Virus record (IMG/VR): IMGVR_UViG_3300010938_000027
Source: an uncultured virus (IMG/VR IMGVR_UViG_3300010938_000027)
Lineage: Duplodnaviria; Heunggongvirae; Uroviricota; Caudoviricetes
Length of the DNA: 64,000 bases
Direction: 5' to 3' (one strand)
How positions within the stretch are numbered: position 1 is the stretch's first letter; every line of letters starts with the position of its first letter. The notes below the pieces were generated by a model, which was not told the origin of the DNA, did not search any database, and saw nothing but the letters and a program-made list of their open reading frames with translations. Of this stretch, positions 57,952 to 64,000 are shown piece by piece. Position numbers and translations under genes: made by a program.

Positions 57952-58505
57952 AAACCTTGTTTTCTAAGAAAAGAATTCTGTATGACGGCAGTCAATTATC
58001 GGAACGGTGGATATACAAAACTTTTGGTATACTTGGAGATGCATGTGTGTCATTCATTGGTGGTTGTGATGTTGAGCCCTTATACATGGTTGACCTTGAG
58101 GATGTGGCTCATGGAAATACCATTCAAGCAAAAACAATGCTTCATTTCATTGCAGAGATATTCAGTTTACCGCGGGAATCTTGTGTATTATTTCAGAGGC
58201 TGTTCATCACAATCATAAAGGATATTCTTGAAAGGATGACAGGTAAATACTTCAGGAGAGAAGGCGATGACCTGTATCTGAATGAAAAGAAAAAGAAACT
58301 GAATGTTTCAATTGCCACACCTGCAACAATATCATTCCTTGTCCATGTGGGCATAAATGTAGATGGAAAGGACACCCCTGTTCCTGTGGTATCTCTGAAT
58401 GAATTAGGGATTTCACCACACCTGTTCGCCAAGAATGTGTTGAAGGCACTTTCAAGTGAGTTTGATTCTATCATAAAAGCCTTATATAAGGTCAACCCGA
58501 AATGA
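57948..58505 (+). CDS. DUF366-family protein
   Basis: YDGSQL..WIY..FGILGD, MVDLED, MLHFIAE, REGDDLY, KLNVSIAT. Confidence 0.75.
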   Translation: MKTLFSKKRILYDGSQLSERWIYKTFGILGDACVSFIGGCDVEPLYMVDLEDVAHGNTIQAKTMLHFIAEIFSLPRESCVLFQRLFITIIKDILERMTGKYFRREGDDLYLNEKKKKLNVSIATPATISFLVHVGINVDGKDTPVPVVSLNELGISPHLFAKNVLKALSSEFDSIIKALYKVNPK

Positions 58506-58993
58506 ACTACCTCCGACTGCCATACCTCACAACACCAGATAAACCATTAGCCGAGACGAACTGGCAATACATCAAGTATTTCAAACCAACTGAATTTGCC
58601 TGTCCTTGTCCTGAACACAAAGGTAAGCCTGTGTATGATATGAGTTCAAACCTTGTGTTTGCCCTGGTAAACCTGCGTGAACTCATTAACAAACCCATAA
58701 TAATCACTTCTGGGTGGCGGTGTCAGAAGCATAATGCAGAAGTTGGTGGCAGACCTGACAGTCCGCATTTATACAAATGTGCTGTTGACATAACCATACC
58801 TGGTGTAAACTTTGATAGACTGGTTGAGTTATACCTTGCCTGTGAACATATAGGGTTCAAGGGAATAGGGTTCTATCCAGTAAAGAAAATTATTCATATT
58901 GATATGTCCAACCGCATACAGCGGTGGTTATGTGATGCATCTGGTGATTACATATACTTGTTTACACTTGCTGACTACATAGTAAGAAAGTGA
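58502..58993 (+). CDS. Peptidase M15A (endolysin-like)
   Basis: YFKPTEFAC, ITSGWRC..HNAEVGG..DSPHL...AVDI, IHID. Confidence 0.88.
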   Translation: MNYLRLPYLTTPDKPLAETNWQYIKYFKPTEFACPCPEHKGKPVYDMSSNLVFALVNLRELINKPIIITSGWRCQKHNAEVGGRPDSPHLYKCAVDITIPGVNFDRLVELYLACEHIGFKGIGFYPVKKIIHIDMSNRIQRWLCDASGDYIYLFTLADYIVRK

Positions 58994-59010
58994 GGAGGTA
59001 ATACATAATA

Positions 59011-59616
59011 ATGGATGATAACAACCATAAACCTGAACAGGTATTCAGAGGCTTCATTATTGCTGTTAGTATTGGTGCATTGTTATGGGTAGGCATTGTA
59101 GTTGGAATAACCTTACTGGTGCGTAGTTGTTCCAAACCAAAACCAGAAAGACAAGTAAGGGTTGAAAAGACCGAGATTGACCTGATTGACCCATCACTAC
59201 TGATTGACCCCAGGTTAAATTTATTACCGAGTGATGAAAGCAGGTTAGCAGTAGTTGAGTGTGGTAAGTCATTATCACAATACATACCTGACCCTATCGG
59301 GTTTGTATTAACAATCGCCTGTGTAGAGAGTGATTTTGGCAGGAATGTTGAGGGTAGTCCTGATGGTGAGATTGGCATAATGCAGATACACCCTGTATGG
59401 TTGAAGGAAAGCAGGTTAACTTACTGGGAACTTAGACACGACTATGTGAATGTATGTTTCGCTGTTGTTTTACTTGACTATTACTTCAGGAAGTATGGTG
59501 ATTTATTCAAGGTCTTAACTGCATACAATATGGGCGAGGGCGAAGTGAACCACAAGAATACAAAATACCTGAACCGCTTCTTTGATTGTGTGGAAAGGGT
59601 TGGCTGGCAAAGGTAA
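59011..59616 (+). CDS. Membrane-anchored lytic transglycosylase (SLT)
   Basis: N-terminal TM; VESDF, GIMQI, AYNMG. Confidence 0.85.
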   Translation: MDDNNHKPEQVFRGFIIAVSIGALLWVGIVVGITLLVRSCSKPKPERQVRVEKTEIDLIDPSLLIDPRLNLLPSDESRLAVVECGKSLSQYIPDPIGFVLTIACVESDFGRNVEGSPDGEIGIMQIHPVWLKESRLTYWELRHDYVNVCFAVVLLDYYFRKYGDLFKVLTAYNMGEGEVNHKNTKYLNRFFDCVERVGWQR

Positions 59617-59627
59617 TAAATAGAACT

Positions 59628-60113
59628 ATGAAACTCAATGTCGGTTGTGGGCAGTATCCAATTCGTGAACCTGGGTGGATTAACCTTGACCGACTACCGT
59701 ATGGTGATATTGTATGTAAAGTAGTGGACACATTGCCATTCAAGTCAAATGTGTTTGACGAGATTTACGCAGGACATTTCATTGAACATCTATCAATTGA
59801 TAACGCAATTAGTTTTCTGAAAGAGTGTCATCGGTGTTTGAAGTTGAACAGCAGGCTCGTTATAACAATTCCTGACTACATAAAGATTTTCCAGCAGTTT
59901 GACTTCATTGAGGCAAACAGGATGATAACGAGTTCATTTCCTAAACTCACTCCATTTGGCTTTGATAATGACCAGCACTGGTCAATCTGGGATGTATCAA
60001 ACCTAATAAAAGTAATGAACAATACAGGGTTCAGGAATGTGAGGGAAATTCCTGACTACCCACACCTCGTCGCAAGGGTAGGCTGGCAATCAATTGTAGA
60101 AGGATATAAATGA
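59628..60113 (+). CDS. Class I SAM-dependent methyltransferase
   Basis: LNVGCG, WINLD, HFIEHL, ECHRCLK. Confidence 0.8.
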   Translation: MKLNVGCGQYPIREPGWINLDRLPYGDIVCKVVDTLPFKSNVFDEIYAGHFIEHLSIDNAISFLKECHRCLKLNSRLVITIPDYIKIFQQFDFIEANRMITSSFPKLTPFGFDNDQHWSIWDVSNLIKVMNNTGFRNVREIPDYPHLVARVGWQSIVEGYK

Positions 60114-60117
60114 ATAA

Positions 60118-60139
60118 GGGCAGGCTTTTGTGCCTGCCC
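60118..60139. terminator. Hairpin between convergent operons
   Basis: GGGCAGGC-6nt-GCCTGCCC. Confidence 0.6.
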
Positions 60140-60182
60140 AAAGACAGAAAGAGGGGAAAGGAATGTGGAAGAAAGAGTTAAT

Positions 60183-61415
60183 TTATGCCAGTCTTACCTT
60201 CTTCAGGAATGCCTTCGCATCATCAAACTTCTCAGTGGTGAAGTCTTCCTTTCTGCTGAAATCAACCTTCTCAAACTGCCTAACCATATCATCAAGGAGT
60301 TCGTCAACGGTATCACCCATACCAACCACTACCCCTGCGATGTTGTCAGTTGGCACCAGATAGGGTGTATTATCAATTTTGATTGCACTACGCCACTTTA
60401 TTCTTACACCCTTATCTTTGATTTCAACTGGAAACCACGCCTTATCTTCGGCACTTGCACATACTGCCACAATACCGACGAATGGGTGGTCAACCTCAAC
60501 CTTCATATCGCCAAAGTCACCCTTACCGCAGGCATAGACGAGGTCAGTATAATTCTTTATCACTGCTGGGAAATGTAATGACAATGGGTATGGTGGTCGT
60601 ATGTTCTGGTCAATCAAATACCCCTTACCTGTGTCAGGATTGTATAACAACTCGTTGGAATAGAATCCCCTGTATCCCAGGTCTGCAAGCATTCGTTCAG
60701 TCTTCACTTTTACTTCATCAAGAATCGGCACACTCTCCTCAACCCACTTACCGATACAATGCGGTCTGACTTCAAGTGAGAAGTGATACGGGCTTGAGAA
60801 CCGCTTACCATCAAATAACCAGTCCCCGCCTATCAATACACTATCAGGGATAATTTCCTCTACAATGAACCTGACAACATTAACATACGGACCGAATGAC
60901 TGGTATATGCTTGCAATGACCTGTTCTGCTTCTTCTGGTGAGTTGGCAAGCCTCGTTTCAAAATCACCCCTGAATGTATCAATCTTTATCACACCACTAC
61001 CCAGTCTATTCATCAGTTCTTTCAGGTTGTTAATACCCCTGACTGCGTAGGATTTTGGCACAGGTATGTCATATTTCTGTGCCATTCGTTTCGCCCACAC
61101 CCTATCTACTTCTAACCTTTCCGCAATACCACCGCCCGCACAGGGTATATTCAGTTCCTGCCTCAAGTAATCACCTAACCTGCCTGTTGGTAAGTCAAGT
61201 ATCATCACCAAATCTACTCCGTCGGGGTTCATTAACTCTGTCCACAAATCACCAATCCGTATTCCTTCAAACCCATACCCAGGTATCACATATTTCAGGA
61301 TTGGAAAACTTGATGATATGGTTGGTCTATGTATGACCACATCCCAGCCCTTCTCTGCAAATACCCTTGCGTGTTCCCAGCCTATACCTGTATCAATTGC
61401 TACTACTTTCGGCAT
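60183..61415 (-). CDS. ATP-grasp ligase (PurD-like fold)
   Basis: LEVDRVWAK, VIKID..RGDFET, FIVEE, GYRGFYSNE, LIDQNIRPP. Confidence 0.75.
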   Translation of the reverse strand: MPKVVAIDTGIGWEHARVFAEKGWDVVIHRPTISSSFPILKYVIPGYGFEGIRIGDLWTELMNPDGVDLVMILDLPTGRLGDYLRQELNIPCAGGGIAERLEVDRVWAKRMAQKYDIPVPKSYAVRGINNLKELMNRLGSGVIKIDTFRGDFETRLANSPEEAEQVIASIYQSFGPYVNVVRFIVEEIIPDSVLIGGDWLFDGKRFSSPYHFSLEVRPHCIGKWVEESVPILDEVKVKTERMLADLGYRGFYSNELLYNPDTGKGYLIDQNIRPPYPLSLHFPAVIKNYTDLVYACGKGDFGDMKVEVDHPFVGIVAVCASAEDKAWFPVEIKDKGVRIKWRSAIKIDNTPYLVPTDNIAGVVVGMGDTVDELLDDMVRQFEKVDFSRKEDFTTEKFDDAKAFLKKVRLA

Positions 61416-61418
61416 TGC

Positions 61419-62303
61419 CTACACCTCAATTAAGTCCGTCAAATAAACACTATTCTTGTCGGTCGGTATAGTGATTTTGACACTTAACCCTGCCTTCGGT
61501 ATTCTTACCAGCACATTACTACCTTTTGGTGCGTCAAAGTAAGTGTTGCCATCATTGTCTGTTTTGTATGTGAGCCATCTACTCACACCAACTGCGGTGC
61601 CGACTTCTTCTGGTGTCTCATAGTTAACCATAACATCAATCCCTGACACACCGCTTACTCCTAAATCCACAGTCCTTACATACACCCTGCATAAGTCTGG
61701 TGTGGATGGTGCAGGTAGTGTCAACTCATCACCCAGTGCAGTTATTCCTGTAGATGTAGATGCAGTTATTGTTGTGGTTATTGTTGTGAATACATAATTG
61801 GGTTTGTATGCACGAATGTCATAAGTCCCTTCAACCACATTCAAACTTCCTGCACCACTGCTGTCAGTAAGTAAATAGAATTGCGGTTTGTCCGACTGAA
61901 TCAAATACACACTCACATTCGGTATTGGTGAGTTGTCTGCTCTTTTCAGGGTTCTAATGGTCAGGCTGTAAGGTGCACCTGACAAAACCTTATAAAGTCC
62001 TGCGGTTTCTGATACTTCATCCTCTTTGGCAACAGGCACAAATAAGCCTGGCGTTGTCGGTGAAACAAATATGATGAATGAGCCCAGTGTATCAAGTTCC
62101 GTTCCAGTAAATTGCACTTCATATACACCATTGCCCAGTTCCCTGAAATTCGTTGTATCAAGCGTTTTGGTAGTGAATGATGTTTGACCATACTTGATGT
62201 ATCTTACAGAAACATCTGAATAGGTTAATCCAGTTTTAGGATTACCCTCTGCGTCGGTTAAATAAATGCGTATCCATGCAGACTTTGAAACTTCATACTT
62301 CAT
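61419..62303 (-). CDS. Virion/tail structural protein with Ig-like domains
   Basis: Thr-rich beta protein; TDSSG / GTYDI prealbumin-like repeats. Confidence 0.55.
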   Translation of the reverse strand: MKYEVSKSAWIRIYLTDAEGNPKTGLTYSDVSVRYIKYGQTSFTTKTLDTTNFRELGNGVYEVQFTGTELDTLGSFIIFVSPTTPGLFVPVAKEDEVSETAGLYKVLSGAPYSLTIRTLKRADNSPIPNVSVYLIQSDKPQFYLLTDSSGAGSLNVVEGTYDIRAYKPNYVFTTITTTITASTSTGITALGDELTLPAPSTPDLCRVYVRTVDLGVSGVSGIDVMVNYETPEEVGTAVGVSRWLTYKTDNDGNTYFDAPKGSNVLVRIPKAGLSVKITIPTDKNSVYLTDLIEV

Positions 62304-63925
62304 CGCATCAAGCCTCCATCTATCCTTCTACTGATTGGTGGAAGGAGTGGTGGATAATCTGCTTCTATGCAACCCACATTACGTAAACCAATAGATTCGC
62401 GTCCATAAAGGTCTTTCAAGTCAGGTTGTCCTTCGGGATAGAATTCACCTGAAACTTCTGTTGGGCTTATGTCTATAGTAGGTGCAGTTGCAATGTATTT
62501 TCTAACAATAATCCAATCATAATACGCATATCGTCCAGAAGTTCCTCCCGCATAATGGTCAAAACCAATATAGTAGTTGTCATAATTGTTATAATGCACA
62601 ACATCACCAAGACCATTTATGAGAGTTCTATTTTCAGTATACCACCTCGTTCCAACTGCATCAGTTCGTAGCACAATGGCATTGATGTATTTTGTATCCA
62701 GTGATAATGTTTGTGGGGCTGAAAATTGTGTCAATGAACCGTCTGGATTCTGTATCCATAAATATATGTTTGAACCATCAGTATGTGAACGATACGCATT
62801 ATAATTTATATTCTTAACATCTGTTTTTTTGTAATAAAATAAACCAAGTGAATAATATTCCCAAGCAACAGTGTTTCTGCATTTTGCTTCAATTATTATG
62901 GGACGAGTAAAAGTTTGCCATCTTGAACAAACTTGATGATAACCAACTGCATTGTGTCTCAATTCACCTGGCCAGGCAGGATATAAATCTTCATATCCTG
63001 AACCAAAAGTTTCTGAAAATGTATTGTCTGCAGTTTGAACGTGCCATTTGTTATAGTTATCCGTTCTATAAACAAAGTCATCAAAGAATTCAAAGGTATT
63101 GTATCCATCAGACCTTCTCGGCATATAGGAATTTCCGTAATACATTCTTATTGTAGTTGAACCTGAAGCGAGTAATGAAGGAATTTTTACCCAGATAATT
63201 GTATTTGCAGTATTTTCGCCATACTCAATCCAGAATGGTAATAAATTTCCTTGCTCATCAGTAAACCTTATATCTTCGCAGAAACTCCTCAATTTTCCAG
63301 CAGAAACCAATGATGCAGTGTCAACAACAATTTTGACCTGAACATTTGAGTAATCCACATTGTCATTGTTTGTGATTGTTATAGGTTTGTAGTAGAGCCA
63401 TTTGTAAAGTGAAGTGTCAATGTTTGGAATAGTTGCTTCCTTGTAAAGTGGTGTAATTGTTAAGGATTTATTTTTTAGTATGCTTTCTTCTTTCTTAACA
63501 ATATCAAAAAAAGTTCTTTTATTAACGCAGTTGTAGAGAGTATAGTTTGAAGGAACACTACCGCCATACATACAATTTGCCATTATAACTTTTTCATTAT
63601 AATCTGTTTGAGTATTTACAACAATTGAATTTAAGACTGAACAGGCAAGTTTAGTAGCGTCAACGGTTAATCCACCCCATACACCTCTTAAAACTACGGT
63701 GCTTAAATAACTTCTATCAAAGAGTAATGAAGCAGGATAACCTCCTTCTGTATTAGCAACATACCCGTATAGTAAGAAAAGATAACAATTTTTGAATTTA
63801 CAATTCAAACTCCATCGCCAGCCACTAACCGCATTCGGAATAATTATACAATTTTCATATTCTATGTTTTCACCATTGGCAGGTATCCACCACAATACAC
63901 AATTTTTGAATTTCACATTATACAT
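62300..63925 (-). CDS. Tail-associated protein with DUF2341 domain
   Basis: DIRFTDEQGNLLPFWIE...IWVKIP...MYYGN...FEFFDDF; AT-rich. Confidence 0.8.
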   Translation of the reverse strand: MYNVKFKNCVLWWIPANGENIEYENCIIIPNAVSGWRWSLNCKFKNCYLFLLYGYVANTEGGYPASLLFDRSYLSTVVLRGVWGGLTVDATKLACSVLNSIVVNTQTDYNEKVIMANCMYGGSVPSNYTLYNCVNKRTFFDIVKKEESILKNKSLTITPLYKEATIPNIDTSLYKWLYYKPITITNNDNVDYSNVQVKIVVDTASLVSAGKLRSFCEDIRFTDEQGNLLPFWIEYGENTANTIIWVKIPSLLASGSTTIRMYYGNSYMPRRSDGYNTFEFFDDFVYRTDNYNKWHVQTADNTFSETFGSGYEDLYPAWPGELRHNAVGYHQVCSRWQTFTRPIIIEAKCRNTVAWEYYSLGLFYYKKTDVKNINYNAYRSHTDGSNIYLWIQNPDGSLTQFSAPQTLSLDTKYINAIVLRTDAVGTRWYTENRTLINGLGDVVHYNNYDNYYIGFDHYAGGTSGRYAYYDWIIVRKYIATAPTIDISPTEVSGEFYPEGQPDLKDLYGRESIGLRNVGCIEADYPPLLPPISRRIDGGLMR

Positions 63926-64000
63926 TGCCCCATAATAAGCAAAACTGTAAGTAGGGACAAGCCAGCAATTCTCAAAGTATAAATTAGATAAATATCCCGC

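Noticed and set aside
1..64000. Alternative genetic code or integrase/lysogeny module
   Set aside because: Genes are long and tightly packed under the standard code; no integrase or repressor was recognised in the window

Overview
The window is most of a tailed-phage genome (contractile-tail myovirus with an SPO1/Herelleviridae-like virion module) from a gapped assembly with three N-runs. Layout: (1) 1-23.6 kb, a minus-strand head/neck/tail/baseplate operon; (2) 23.7-27.9 kb, terminase, portal and an HD protein on plus; (3) 28-29.7 kb, a skewed, repeat- and hairpin-rich island, probably a genome-end/pac or immediate-early region; (4) 29.7-40.7 kb on minus, small terminase, ParB, a 7-deazaguanine cluster (TGT/DpdA-like, folE, queE, PRTase), a clamp-like gene and MoxR-VWA; (5) a solo TnpB followed by an origin-like region with three DnaA boxes; (6) 42.7-60.1 kb on plus, replication/recombination genes, queC, DUF366 and lysis genes; (7) the distal tail genes on minus. 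The most interesting system is a set of five head-module proteins sharing a motif (xPxKVWVxDPTKxGGGYxAxRxVxP) just after a predicted prohead-protease site (I/L/V-x-K|A/S). One of them carries a sigma-70 region-2 domain and another an HD phosphohydrolase. The structural genes have host-type TTGACA-18-TAnnnT promoters, whereas the replication and early operons have a different phage-specific motif (GTTCAAAGTTA-N9-TTCTTATATA). Together these suggest a virion-delivered sigma factor and inverted transcriptional logic (hypothesis). All function calls come from motif recognition by eye; no searches were run.
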